Shown here: piece by piece, positions 8,452 to 19,083 of the stretch
Layout of the letters: every line of letters begins with the position of its first letter
How positions within the stretch are numbered: position 1 is the first letter of the stretch
Assembly: GCA_964348895.1 (NCBI GenBank)
Contig: CAYGEH010000001.1
Coordinates: 246,610-310,609, forward strand
DNA: 64,000 nt
Reading direction: 5' to 3'
Source of the DNA: an uncultured Gammaproteobacteria bacterium
Lineage (GTDB): Bacteria > Patescibacteriota > Microgenomatia > 0-14-0-10-38-17
Made by a program: the position numbers and the translations under genes
Notes under the pieces: generated by a model
Databases searched by the model: none
Seen by the model: only the letters and a program-made list of their open reading frames with translations
What the model was told of the DNA's origin: nothing

Positions 8452-10572
8452 TTACTTTTTCTGATAACCTATCTCCTCGTCACATTTAGGACAAAACTGC
8501 CACTCCCCCGCCAAATAACCATGCTTGGGACAAACTGAGAAAGTTGGCGTAATGGAAAAATAAGGCATTTTATAATTGGCTGTTACTTTTTGTAACAAGT
8601 TTTTAACGCTTTTAGTGTCGGGCAAACTTTCTCCCAAAAATCCATGAATCACTGTTCCGCCACTATATTTACGTTGAAGTTCGTCCTGATGGTCAAGAGC
8701 CTCAAACAGATCAGTGGTGTAATCAACTGGTAAATGGGTAGAGTTAGTATAAAAAGGAGCCTCGCCTTCCTTTTGATATCTTTCTTCGTTGGCGCAAACC
8801 ATTTTGGGAAATTGCTCTTTATCTAGTTTAGCGAAACGATAGGCGGTGCTCTCGGCTGGGGTCGCCTCAAGGTTAAACATTTCTCCCGTTTCTTGTTGGT
8901 AAATTAAAATTTTTTCCCTCATATAGTCCATTACTTCTAAAGCAAATTCTCGACCATTTTGGCTGGCAATGTCTTCCCCCATCAAATTAACTAAAGCCTC
9001 ATTCATCCCATTAATACCAATAGTGTTGAAATGATTTCGCCAATAAACTCCGTTACGCTGATAAATATCAGACAAATAATAACGACAATAAGGATAAAGT
9101 CCGCTGTGAGTAAATTCCTCTACCGCTTCTCTTTTAATCACCAAAGATTCTTTCGCCAAATCCATTAATCGTCCTAAAATAGAAAAGAATCTTCGTTTAG
9201 CGAAACCCTCGCTTCTTGATTCTGTTTTAGCCAGAAATCCAATTCGGGGTAAATTGATGGTCACTACTCCTAAAGAACCAGTTAGGGGATTGGCAGCAAA
9301 TAGTCCTCCCCGACGCCTTAGTTCTCGATTGTCTAGCTGTAGACGACAACACATACTTCTAACATCGTCAGGGTCCATATCCGAATTAACAAAATTAGAA
9401 AAATAAGGAATTCCATATTTTCTGGTCATCTCCCAGACTGGCTCCAAGTTTTTGTTGTCCCAATCAAAGTTTTTAGTAATTGAATAGGTGGGAATCGGAA
9501 AAGTAAAAACTCGTCCCTGAGAGTCTCCCTCCATCATTGTTTCAGCAAAGGCTCGATTAATCATGTCCATCTCTTTTTGAAAGTTTTTATATTTATCTTT
9601 GGTTGGCTTGCCACCAATGATGACCACTTCTTCACCCACCATTTTTGTCGGATGAATATCTAAAGAAATATTAGAAAATGGGGTTTGAAATCCTACTCGA
9701 GTCGGAACATTCATATTAAAAACAAACTCCTGTAGAGCTTGCTTTGTTTGTTTATAAGTTAGTCCGTCATAAGCAATAAACGGCGCCAAATAAGTATCAA
9801 AGTTAGACAAAGCAACTGCCCCCGCCACTTCTCCCTGAATGGTGTACATAAAATTAACAATTTGGCCCAGGGCAGAAGAAAGATGTTTGGGGGGAGCACT
9901 ATTAACTTTACCGGAAACACCGCCAAAACCCTTAATTAAAAAATCTTTAAGATCCCAGCCTGTACAATAGGCTGAAAGAGAAGACAGGTCGTGAATATGA
10001 AGGTCTCCTTGTCGATGAGCTTTTCTTACTTCTCTGGAATAAATTTTATTAAGCCAAAAATTAGCGGAAATAATACTAGCGACATGGTTATTCAACCCCT
10101 GAAGAGAATAAGTCATATTGGCATTCTCTTTGACTCGCCAATCGCCTCGATCAAGATATTTCTCAGTTAACTCGTCGGCATCTACTAAGCTACTAATGCT
10201 TCTTAGTTTTTGGTGAAGCTGACGATAGAGGGTAAAGGCACTATAAACTTCTTCGTGACCACGCTCAAGCAGGGTTTTTTCAACAATGTCCTGTACTTGT
10301 TCAACCTCAGGAATAAGTGAAGAGTTAAATCGCTTTTCTAGTTCCGCCACTACTTCTTGGGTTAAACGACGAATCTCTTCTTGGTCGTCGCTGCCTGAAG
10401 CCTTAAAGGCGCCCCTGATTGCCCGCTCAATTTTGCTTGGACTGAAGGCGACTATTCGTCCGCTTCTTTTTTTTATTTTACTAATTTTTGATTTAATTTT
10501 ACCTCTAACCATAATTAAAACCAAAAAAACCCATTCAAGATAATAAGAAATGGCCCTCTTTTTCAAAGACAA
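8452..10572 (-). CDS. nrdD: Anaerobic ribonucleoside-triphosphate reductase (class III) large subunit with N-terminal ATP-cone; C-terminal Zn-ribbon present but glycyl-radical segment absent. Likely true start at 10509 (MVRGKIK...)
   Basis: ATP-cone (RSGRIVAFSPSKIERAI), NrdD core, C-terminal CPKHG...CPKCD Zn-ribbon. The track start is probably too far upstream. Confidence 0.9.
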   Translation of the reverse strand: MSLKKRAISYYLEWVFLVLIMVRGKIKSKISKIKKRSGRIVAFSPSKIERAIRGAFKASGSDDQEEIRRLTQEVVAELEKRFNSSLIPEVEQVQDIVEKTLLERGHEEVYSAFTLYRQLHQKLRSISSLVDADELTEKYLDRGDWRVKENANMTYSLQGLNNHVASIISANFWLNKIYSREVRKAHRQGDLHIHDLSSLSAYCTGWDLKDFLIKGFGGVSGKVNSAPPKHLSSALGQIVNFMYTIQGEVAGAVALSNFDTYLAPFIAYDGLTYKQTKQALQEFVFNMNVPTRVGFQTPFSNISLDIHPTKMVGEEVVIIGGKPTKDKYKNFQKEMDMINRAFAETMMEGDSQGRVFTFPIPTYSITKNFDWDNKNLEPVWEMTRKYGIPYFSNFVNSDMDPDDVRSMCCRLQLDNRELRRRGGLFAANPLTGSLGVVTINLPRIGFLAKTESRSEGFAKRRFFSILGRLMDLAKESLVIKREAVEEFTHSGLYPYCRYYLSDIYQRNGVYWRNHFNTIGINGMNEALVNLMGEDIASQNGREFALEVMDYMREKILIYQQETGEMFNLEATPAESTAYRFAKLDKEQFPKMVCANEERYQKEGEAPFYTNSTHLPVDYTTDLFEALDHQDELQRKYSGGTVIHGFLGESLPDTKSVKNLLQKVTANYKMPYFSITPTFSVCPKHGYLAGEWQFCPKCDEEIGYQKK

Positions 10573-10793
10573 GGCCTTCTTTTTTCAAGCTGGGGCAGGT
10601 TACCTTTTGCCAGTCCTAATTAGAAAGCGGATCTTGGCTCGGGGTCTTTGATATCATCAATTAAAAATGAAAATTAGGTTTATGTCAACCGTTTTTTCTG
10701 TATCAAAAAGCGTCTAAAGACCAATTTTTTAGCTGTTTATTTTTTTAATCCAAACTGCTTGCTGGTTCTTCTTTTTAATATTTGGGCTTATTG

Positions 10794-13730
10794 TTATTCC
10801 CAAGCATCACAGACAATTTTAAAAGGACAGAAATCACACCAGAATCCAGCCTTAGGAGCAAAATCACTTTGATTAATCACCTCTACTGTCTTGATGAGTG
10901 CTTTTTTGGCCTTGTCTAGCTCTAGGGCTGTTTTCTTGACTGATATCCGCTGGCCTTCTTTTAAAAAATAAAAAGTCCCTGTTAAATAGTCGGGGTTAGC
11001 CCCCAAAATACCAGGGTCGGCGGCGGCCAAAAGATATAAGTTCATTTGTAGGCTTTTATCGGCTTGTTTTTGGTCTATCGCCTGACTGGTTTTATAGTCA
11101 ATAATCTCCCAAGCGTTATTTTCTTTGTCTACTCGATCAAAAATACCAGTAATTTTAACCTTTTCCGTCAAAAAAAAGTTAAACTTTCTTTCCAAAAAAA
11201 GTGGCTTCTTTTTTTGCTTAAAATCTTCTCGATAAAAACGAGCAAGCATTTTCTTGCCTTCGTTAAAAAACTTTTCTTCCTGAAAACGAGAAGAATAACC
11301 AAAAGAAAGCCAATTTTTTTGATAACAAGAAAATAAGTCTTTTAAGCTGGGGTTGCTGTTTTTTACCTGTTGATAAAATTGAGAAAGTGTCCGATGAATC
11401 GCCGTCCCAAAACTCTGGGCACCATTTGGGGTCGCCGGAATTTTTTGTCGATATTGGTAATGATATTGGGCTGGACAATGTTCAAAAGCGGTAATTTGAG
11501 AAAAAGACAAGTGGTTAATTTTTTTGGGCGAGGAAACATCTTCTTCTTTGTTTTCAATCGGCTTGAATCTTAATAAGGACAATTGGCCAGTCTTTTCTTC
11601 TGGTTGAACATTAATTTCGACTTTAGTTAGGGCCTGATAAACAAAGGGAGAAATCTTTCTGCTTCGTTTTTCTTCGCCATAAAGCTTTGAGGCGGTTAGA
11701 AACAATTTGTTTTTGGCTCGCGTCATACCAACGTAGAAAAGTCGCCTCTCTTCTTGATCATGATAATTTCCTTGAGGTAAAATTTCCTTGATTAACTCAT
11801 CTGGAATGGGAATTTGTTCTCGGCGACCATAAACAGGAAATCTTCCCGCCACGAGATTAACTAAAAAAACTATCTCAAACTCTAGGCCTTTGGCTGAATG
11901 AACCGTAAGAAGATTAACCTTGTTTTCTTGCAACCAATCATCATTATCAACCGAAGGCGATTCTCCTAGCTCAAGAGCCACCTTGATCCAATCTACCACA
12001 GCCCCAACGCTGGCATCTTCATGGCTTATTTCATATCGGAAAAGGCGATCAAAGAAGTAAGCGATGTTCTCTACTCTTCTTTCTTCTCGAGGAGACTTGA
12101 CCTTAACTAGCTCTTTCAACAAACCAGATTCTTCCAGATAGTAATAAAGAACTTGCCCAGCACTTTTTTCTTTACTCAACTCTAAGTGTCGATTGATCAT
12201 TTTTGTCATTTGGGTTAATTTCTGCCTTGCTTCCTCAGACAAGGATATTGACGGCAAACCTCCCTCAACTTTACTAGTCTTAGACTGACCCAAAACTAAC
12301 TCAATTGCCCCAAATAAGCTCAAATTAACCTTTCTCGCCCAGCTTGTCAGCTCAACTAAATCTCGACCAGAAAGACTAAGGGGCGAACGACCTAAAATCC
12401 GATAACAGGCTTGATCGTGATGAGGATCAGTTAATAATAATAAATAGGCAATCAGATTTTTTATTTCTTCTTGACGAAATAATTGCCCCGGTCCTAAAAA
12501 CTGATAAGGAATGCTCTTTTGAAGTAAAGCCTTCATAAAAGGAATGGCATGATTATTAGCCCTAACTAAAATGGCAAAATCACTCCAAGACAGGCTTGGT
12601 CGTTTTTCTTTTTCTTCCTTGATAATTCGAGCCACTTCTTCGGCTTCTTCCTCAACCTTCTTGGTATAAACAAAGCTAACTGGGCAACCCAAACCATTAA
12701 CGCTTACTAGGTTTTTATCAATTCCAAGCTTTACTTCTAGGGTATCAGGATTATTGTGTTGAATTAGTTGATAGGCACTATTTAGAATTGTTTGAGTAGA
12801 GCGATAATTTTCAATTAAAACCACCGATTTAGCCAAGGGATAGTCGCTCATAAATCGCAAAACATTAGAAACAGCTGCTCCCCTAAACCGATAAATTGAC
12901 TGAGAATCATCGGCCACAACCGAGAGCTGTGGTTTAGTCAGGGGAGGGGCTAGGAGCTTAATTAGTTGATACTGGGCGATATTGGTGTCTTGAAACTCAT
13001 CAACTAAGAAATATTTAAATTTTTTTCGATAATAAGCCAAAACATTGGGGCGCTTTCTAAATAATTTCAAGGTGTGGGCAATTAAATCAGCAAAATCAAA
13101 CCAGCCCTCTTTTTGTTTTAATCTCTCGTATTCCTGATAAGCAGCAGCTAGTTCCAAATATTTTTCTTGCTCGGCTTTTTCCTCTTTTTTGATTTCTGTT
13201 TTTTGATTTTTAAGGGCCAATTGCTTTGCCCAATCAAAATACTGCTTTGGGGTAACATCTTCATCCTTTAAACGAGAAAAGTGAGTCAATAAGCCAACCA
13301 CAAACTTGTTCGGGTTTCCCAGGGGGCGAAAATAGTCTAGCCTCAAATCAAAAAGATGTTTCAGCAAGAATTGAACTGACTCTGATTGGGTCATTAAATT
13401 AAATCCAGGATCTAAGCCAATTTGAGTCGCCTCGTCTTTTAAAACTCGATCACAAAAAGCATGAAAGGTCATAATCCAAGTGTCGGTATAGCCTAGGGGA
13501 AGGGCAACGTCAATTCGCTCCTCCATTTCAAGAGCCGCTTTTTCAGTAAAAGTCAGGGCCAAAATTTCTTCTGGTCGAGCCAGTTTGTTGGCAACTAAAT
13601 ATTTTATTTTCTCGGTAATTACCGTAGTCTTCCCAGTTCCAGCTCCAGCAATAATTAAAAGAGGTCCAGACAAATGTTCAACTGCTTGTCTTTGGGCTAG
13701 ATTTAATTCTTTTTTTTCTTTATTAGCCAC
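10794..13730 (-). CDS. UvrD/PcrA-family SF1 helicase fused to a C-terminal PD-(D/E)xK RecB/Cas4-like nuclease domain with Cys cluster (AddA-like helicase-nuclease)
   Basis: Walker A AGAGTGKTT at the N-terminus, UvrD helicase motifs. C-terminal FEHCPxxY...IIDYKTS...CDFCPFKIVC pattern of the Cas4/AddB-type Fe-S nuclease. Confidence 0.8.
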   Translation of the reverse strand: MANKEKKELNLAQRQAVEHLSGPLLIIAGAGTGKTTVITEKIKYLVANKLARPEEILALTFTEKAALEMEERIDVALPLGYTDTWIMTFHAFCDRVLKDEATQIGLDPGFNLMTQSESVQFLLKHLFDLRLDYFRPLGNPNKFVVGLLTHFSRLKDEDVTPKQYFDWAKQLALKNQKTEIKKEEKAEQEKYLELAAAYQEYERLKQKEGWFDFADLIAHTLKLFRKRPNVLAYYRKKFKYFLVDEFQDTNIAQYQLIKLLAPPLTKPQLSVVADDSQSIYRFRGAAVSNVLRFMSDYPLAKSVVLIENYRSTQTILNSAYQLIQHNNPDTLEVKLGIDKNLVSVNGLGCPVSFVYTKKVEEEAEEVARIIKEEKEKRPSLSWSDFAILVRANNHAIPFMKALLQKSIPYQFLGPGQLFRQEEIKNLIAYLLLLTDPHHDQACYRILGRSPLSLSGRDLVELTSWARKVNLSLFGAIELVLGQSKTSKVEGGLPSISLSEEARQKLTQMTKMINRHLELSKEKSAGQVLYYYLEESGLLKELVKVKSPREERRVENIAYFFDRLFRYEISHEDASVGAVVDWIKVALELGESPSVDNDDWLQENKVNLLTVHSAKGLEFEIVFLVNLVAGRFPVYGRREQIPIPDELIKEILPQGNYHDQEERRLFYVGMTRAKNKLFLTASKLYGEEKRSRKISPFVYQALTKVEINVQPEEKTGQLSLLRFKPIENKEEDVSSPKKINHLSFSQITAFEHCPAQYHYQYRQKIPATPNGAQSFGTAIHRTLSQFYQQVKNSNPSLKDLFSCYQKNWLSFGYSSRFQEEKFFNEGKKMLARFYREDFKQKKKPLFLERKFNFFLTEKVKITGIFDRVDKENNAWEIIDYKTSQAIDQKQADKSLQMNLYLLAAADPGILGANPDYLTGTFYFLKEGQRISVKKTALELDKAKKALIKTVEVINQSDFAPKAGFWCDFCPFKIVCDAWE

Positions 13731-13808
13731 GATTTAAATTATAGTAAGAAAGCTTTTTTTTCTTTAAGCTTAAGTTAAAAGAAAATAGAGAAACTGAAAA
13801 TTTCTTAA

Positions 13809-14585
13809 TTAAAAACTATTTCTAAAGAAAACAAGAATCGCCAGACCCAAGAAAAAGCAATAAAAAGAAAAATACCACATTTTATCGCTTAAAAATAAAC
13901 TCTTAAGAACCCTAAGCGCTAATAATCCAGATAAAAAAGAAACTAAAACTACAATTAGTCCTTCTTGAAGCTGCCAGCTACTAAATTGACTAATTTGGGG
14001 TATTTCATAAATTGCCGCCCCACCAATGGCAATTAACCCCAAAAGAAAAGAAAACTTAAAAGCCGCTTCTTTTTCTTCACCTAAAACCCTAGCTCCAACA
14101 ACAGTTGAAGCGGAACGAGAAATTCCAGGCACAATGGCGAGGGCCTGAAATAAACCTATTGCAAGAAATCGCCCTTTTCTAATCGGAAAGCGAAAGAATC
14201 GACCAACAACTAATAGCAGGGCCGTAATCCAAAAACAAATCGCCAAAATAGTTGGATTATTGGCGAGTGAAGAAACTTCTCCACCAAACAGCAGACCGAT
14301 TATCGCCACTGGGCCGCTAGCCAAAATTAAGTTGGCTAGTAATCGTCTTTGTTGATTGACTTGGTTTTTCTGACCCCAACCCAGGAGTCCTCGACCCAAA
14401 AAAACTAAATCCTTACGAAAAAACCAAGCAATCGCTATCAATGTTCCTATGTGGGCCAAAACATCAAGCGTTAAAGATGGCTCATAGCCCAATAGACGAT
14501 GAAATAAGACTAGATGACCAGAAGAAGAAATTGGCAAAAATTCGGTTACCCCTTGAACAAGCCCCAACACTATTGGCCTAATCAT
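13809..14585 (-). CDS. uppP: Undecaprenyl-diphosphatase
   Basis: EFLPISSSGHL signature, multi-TM. Confidence 0.9.
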   Translation of the reverse strand: MIRPIVLGLVQGVTEFLPISSSGHLVLFHRLLGYEPSLTLDVLAHIGTLIAIAWFFRKDLVFLGRGLLGWGQKNQVNQQRRLLANLILASGPVAIIGLLFGGEVSSLANNPTILAICFWITALLLVVGRFFRFPIRKGRFLAIGLFQALAIVPGISRSASTVVGARVLGEEKEAAFKFSFLLGLIAIGGAAIYEIPQISQFSSWQLQEGLIVVLVSFLSGLLALRVLKSLFLSDKMWYFSFYCFFLGLAILVFFRNSF

Positions 14586-14662
14586 TGCTTGATAATATCA
14601 AATCTTTTAAAGAATTTATCCGTAATTAGGTTTACTCTTTGTTTTGCTATTTTAAAGAGTCG

Positions 14663-15700
14663 CTAATCCTTAAGGGCTTTGAGATTAGCCTTACTGTCTT
14701 CGCCTTCGCCCAGCTGTCTGATGCCAGTCAACTTTTGACCCAGCAAGTTAAAGCTGTTGGTGACGCCATTCATTTGGTTATGAGCGTTAGTTAGGTGCCG
14801 AGAAAGAGTATTTAAATTGGTGTTAATTTTTTCATAATCTTTTTCTATTGATCCCAAAGAAGTTAGAATCTGTCTGGCTCGCTCTTCCACTTTTTGTCCC
14901 TCAAAGCTCATCAAAATTGCTTTCATATAAGCATAAAAAGTGGCAGGAGAAACAGCTAAAATTCGATTTCTACCGGCATAATCAAATAAGTCTGGATCGT
15001 TGGCAATCTCATAGTAAACCGCTTCCGAGGGAATATACATTAGGGCATAATCCAAGGTTCCTTCTTCGGGAAGAATATATTTACTAGTAATTGCCCTAAT
15101 GTGTTTGCGAACATCATTGGTAAATGCTTTTCGGGCCAAATCTTTCTCTTCGTCGGTTTTGGCTGCCATCATTTTACGAAAATTTTCCATTGGGAACTTA
15201 GAATCAACTGGAATTAAACCAGCCCCTGTTTTAATCACCGCATCAACAATTTCTCCTGATTTAAAAGAATATTGAAGGCTAAAAACTTTAGGGGGAAGCA
15301 TTTGAGCCAACAGTTCTCTTAAAATCATTTCGCCGATATTGCCACGTAATTTTGGTGAACGCAAAAATTCTTGAAGATCTTTCATTCCTCGACCAATTTC
15401 TGCCATCTGGCCCACTTCTTTTTTCACTCCAGCAATAAATTCAGCCGCTCTGTCAAGGCGGTCATTCATGCTTTCAGCGTTTTTTTGCAAAGAATCGGTA
15501 ACCGCCCGATTGGACTCTCTCATTGCTTGATTAAGATTGTCATTGGTTTTATCCAGCGACTGTTGCATTGATTTCAGCCATTCAGTTAAAGATTCGTCTT
15601 TTTGACTGGCCGATTCTATTTGGTTTAGTTTCTGTATTAAAAAGTAGCCTAAAAACACAATTAATAAAAACAAAACGCCTATTAATAAATACAAAATCAT
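14663..15700 (-). CDS. rmuC: DNA recombination protein RmuC family
   Basis: N-terminal TM plus coiled-coil, conserved RmuC core (GNIGEMILRELL..., DAVIKTGAGLIPVDSKFP). Confidence 0.75.
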   Translation of the reverse strand: MILYLLIGVLFLLIVFLGYFLIQKLNQIESASQKDESLTEWLKSMQQSLDKTNDNLNQAMRESNRAVTDSLQKNAESMNDRLDRAAEFIAGVKKEVGQMAEIGRGMKDLQEFLRSPKLRGNIGEMILRELLAQMLPPKVFSLQYSFKSGEIVDAVIKTGAGLIPVDSKFPMENFRKMMAAKTDEEKDLARKAFTNDVRKHIRAITSKYILPEEGTLDYALMYIPSEAVYYEIANDPDLFDYAGRNRILAVSPATFYAYMKAILMSFEGQKVEERARQILTSLGSIEKDYEKINTNLNTLSRHLTNAHNQMNGVTNSFNLLGQKLTGIRQLGEGEDSKANLKALKD

Positions 15701-15814
15701 AAAAGTTATTATAAAACAAAAGAATCTTCTCTGCCAATCCTCCCATTTTAAAAACTAACTAAAGAATAATTAATTTAAAACTTCTAGACAAATGCTAAAC
15801 TATAAAAAATTTAA

Positions 15815-16174
15815 ATGGCTAAAAAAACTGTTTGGCGACGCCAAAACTTAAGAAAACGAAAGGGTCTGGTTTTTAAGGCCTCCCCTCGTCGAACCTGGCT
15901 AATCGCCTTGCTCTCATGGTTTACTACAGTTGGTCTTATTTTTGTCTTGCCACCTCATTTCGCTTGGCAAATAGCTGTTGTTTTGTTACTTTTATTTTTT
16001 AGTCTAGTCCTAACCGTTAAAGCGATCAGCCAAAACACAGCCCTGTCTTTAACAATAGCAGGGCTTTTTATTCTTATCTCTGTTTTAAGAATTACTGGTT
16101 TTTTTACTTGGCCAATTTTTAGCCTTATTCTTTTCATAATTATTCTTAGGTTGCTATCTTTTTTTCTAAAATAA
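15815..16174 (+). CDS. Small multi-TM membrane protein, hypothetical
   Basis: 119 aa, 3 hydrophobic helices. Confidence 0.4.
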   Translation: MAKKTVWRRQNLRKRKGLVFKASPRRTWLIALLSWFTTVGLIFVLPPHFAWQIAVVLLLLFFSLVLTVKAISQNTALSLTIAGLFILISVLRITGFFTWPIFSLILFIIILRLLSFFLK

Positions 16175-16374
16175 CGGCTGTTTGTTTTTGTCGCCAAGAA
16201 TTCTCTCCTTTTTAAGAGAAAATCTTTCTTTTTAAGCTTAACTTTGGAGAAATTTTCTTCTCTCACCTGTCTTTTATTTACCAATAAGGCAATATCCAAA
16301 CAGGGTAGTCGTTTCAAATAAGCTGTCCAAGAGGAATCAAGAATTGACACTTGTGCTATCATATTTCTTAAATA

Positions 16375-17322
16375 GTGGAGAAATACGATTTAATCATCAT
16401 CGGGGCTGGTCCAGCTGGATTGGCGGCTTCAATTTATGCTAGTCGCTATAAAATTAATCATCTAGTTTTGGGTCAAACCCTAGGTGGAACTATCGTTTTG
16501 GCTCACAAAGTAGAAAATTATCCTGGCTATTCGTCTCTTTCCGGCTTTGAACTGGCGGAAAACTTCTTAAAACACGCTCAAGGGTTAGGAGGAAAAATCG
16601 TTAATCAAGAAGTGATTAACCTGGAAAAGGTTGATAATTTTTGGACTTTAACCGCTGGGGATCAAAAACAATATCAAGCCAAGGCGGTTATTATTGCCAC
16701 AGGCACCGAAAGAAAAAAGCTTAATGTCCCCGGAGAAGAAAAGTACTTAGGCAAGGGAGTTTCTTATTGCGCCACTTGTGACGCCGCCTTTTATAAAGAA
16801 AAAGACGTTGTTGTGGCGGGAGGAGCTAATTCCGCTTGTTCCGGTGCTCTATACTTATCTCGTTTTGCTCGTAAAGTCTATCTTATTTATCGAAAAGATA
16901 ATTTAAAAGCTGATCCTGTTTGGGTAAACGAAATTAAAACAGCCAAAAACATTGAGGTTATTTATCAAACCAATATTACTGCCATTTTAGGAAATGAACA
17001 GAAGGTCACTTCAATTAAAATTGATCAGCCCTATCAAAACCAAAACGAAATTTCCGTCGCAGGAGTTTTTATTGAAATTGGGGGAATTCCAATCATAAAT
17101 TTAGCCAAAAAACTAGGAATTAAAATTGATAAAGAAAACTTTGTTCTCGTCGATCAATCAATGGCCACCAATATTCCTGGAATCTTCTGTGCTGGTGATG
17201 TTAATGATTGGCAAAAACATCATCAACAAGTCGTTGTCGCCACAGCAGAGGGGGCTATCGCCGCTGCCAGCGCCTATCAGTTTCTTTGCAATCCCCAACA
17301 AAAAGATCGTTTTTCGTGTTAG
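16375..17322 (+). CDS. trxB: Thioredoxin-disulfide reductase
   Basis: FAD GxGxxG (IIGAGPAG), redox-active CATCD, NADPH site GGANSA. GTG start. Confidence 0.9.
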   Translation: MEKYDLIIIGAGPAGLAASIYASRYKINHLVLGQTLGGTIVLAHKVENYPGYSSLSGFELAENFLKHAQGLGGKIVNQEVINLEKVDNFWTLTAGDQKQYQAKAVIIATGTERKKLNVPGEEKYLGKGVSYCATCDAAFYKEKDVVVAGGANSACSGALYLSRFARKVYLIYRKDNLKADPVWVNEIKTAKNIEVIYQTNITAILGNEQKVTSIKIDQPYQNQNEISVAGVFIEIGGIPIINLAKKLGIKIDKENFVLVDQSMATNIPGIFCAGDVNDWQKHHQQVVVATAEGAIAAASAYQFLCNPQQKDRFSC

Positions 17323-17624
17323 CGAAGCCTACGTTTTTGATGATAAATTCTGAAATATACTCAAGAGAGTTGCCCTCAAAAAAATCAAAGAGGAAAAAAT
17401 TATTGAGAAGGTTAAGTCCGACCAGAGGGCTTTGGCTTTGCTAAAATTATCATGGAGCTTCCGATCGAATTATCTACGCTTGCCTATTACAACTCGCTCT
17501 TTTTCTGATTAATCTAGAAGATGTTTGCTGTTTTTATAACAGTAAAATTGCTCATAGTTTTTTATTTAAATCATCTCTTGCCTACCTGCTTAAGAAAAAA
17601 TAGCCAAAAAAAGTTGACTAGAGA

Positions 17625-18941
17625 ATGAAAAAAGTATATGATGTGCCTATATATGGATATATGGGCACTATTGAAAGTCCGATGACACAAAACACGCAAG
17701 AAAATCTATCAGAAAAAGATAGAATTGAAGAAGTTCTAACAAGAGGAGTGGTCGATATTGTGAATAGGGACCACTTATTAAATCGACTAACCTCTGGTGA
17801 CAAACTTAGAGTAAAGTTTGGCATTGATCCTACGGGACTAAATGTTCACATTGGAAGAGCATCTTCGGTAAGAAAATTATTACAATTTCAAGAATTGGGA
17901 CACCAAATAATATTAATTATAGGAGACTTTACTGCTACAATTGGGGATGCCTCTGACAAAACCGAGAGCAGAAGAATGCTTTCCAGAGAAGAAGTTTTTG
18001 TTAATGAACAAACATACCTTCAGCAAATAGGAAAAATATTAGACATATCAAGGGCTGAAGTTCGTCATAATAGCGAATGGCTTAGTAAACTGACACCTGG
18101 GGATTGGATTAAATTGGCCAGTAATTTTACGGTTCAGCAAATGATTTCAAGAGATAATTTTGCCGAGAGAATTAAAAACGGTGTCCCGGTAGGCCTTCAG
18201 GAGTTCTTATATCCTTTGGCCCAAGGATATGATTCAGTTATGGTGAAGTCAGATGTTGAAGTGGGGGGTACAGATCAGCTGTTTAATTTTATGGCGGGAA
18301 GAAAGTTACAAGAAGTTTATGGACAAGAACCACAAGATATATTAATGATTCAATTGCTTACAGGAACAGACGGAAGAAAAATGAGCACAAGTTGGGGAAA
18401 TGTAATTAACATCTTGTCTGATCCAAACGAAAAATACGGAAGAACAATGTCAATTCCTGATCAACTAATACCCGTTTATATGGAAATGGCCACTAATATC
18501 CCGATGCAAAGAGTAAAAGAGGTTGCAAGATTAATAGAAGATGGTTCTGTAAATCCAATAGAATTAAAAAAAGAACTAGCTTTTGAAATAGTTAGATCCC
18601 TAGATGGCCAGAAAGCTGCGGAAGAGGCTGCTTATAATTTTCAAAGAATAGTGCAAAACAAAGAGGTTCCTGATAGTCAAATTCCTATTGCTGTAGTAAC
18701 TACAGATAAATTAGAGGTTAGTACACTATTAAATATGTTAAAAAGCTATAACATTACTAAAAGTAAAAACGAGGGAAGAAGGTTGTTTGAGCAAGGTGGC
18801 ATTAGTGTCGGAGAAGCTGGAACACTGGATTCCCAAACTACCACAATTGATATTCCAGAAGCTGGACTAACATTTAGAATAGGAAAGAGAAGGTTCTTAA
18901 AAATTGTCAAAGAAAAGACTGGGTCTCTTAATGAGGCATAA
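17625..18941 (+). CDS. tyrS: Tyrosine--tRNA ligase (class I, KMSKS-type with C-terminal S4 domain); atypical AGA/AGG-rich codon usage
   Basis: GIDPTG..HIG class-I motif, KMSTS, C-terminal S4-like RNA-binding domain. A separate trpS lies at 47477. Confidence 0.7.
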   Translation: MKKVYDVPIYGYMGTIESPMTQNTQENLSEKDRIEEVLTRGVVDIVNRDHLLNRLTSGDKLRVKFGIDPTGLNVHIGRASSVRKLLQFQELGHQIILIIGDFTATIGDASDKTESRRMLSREEVFVNEQTYLQQIGKILDISRAEVRHNSEWLSKLTPGDWIKLASNFTVQQMISRDNFAERIKNGVPVGLQEFLYPLAQGYDSVMVKSDVEVGGTDQLFNFMAGRKLQEVYGQEPQDILMIQLLTGTDGRKMSTSWGNVINILSDPNEKYGRTMSIPDQLIPVYMEMATNIPMQRVKEVARLIEDGSVNPIELKKELAFEIVRSLDGQKAAEEAAYNFQRIVQNKEVPDSQIPIAVVTTDKLEVSTLLNMLKSYNITKSKNEGRRLFEQGGISVGEAGTLDSQTTTIDIPEAGLTFRIGKRRFLKIVKEKTGSLNEA

Positions 18942-19083
18942 TTAGCTCTCTATTATCCCAAAAATAAAATTACTCCACAATAACAAAACAATTAAACTGT
19001 CTTTTTTCTTTAACAGGTTCCTCTAAATATCGATCATGCCTTAGATATAATAATCCACTAATTATCAGTATCGCATATGTGTC

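Noticed and set aside
10286-11573. Short ORFs antisense to nrdD and the UvrD-like helicase (10286-10543, 11064-11336, 11263-11478, 11363-11557, 11370-11573)
   Set aside because: Embedded in long genes with clear homology; lysine/phenylalanine-rich translations typical of AT-rich antisense frames.
17330-17624. T-box riboswitch leader upstream of tyrS
   Set aside because: No T-box consensus (AAUUAGGGUGGNACCGCG) or specifier-loop architecture seen.
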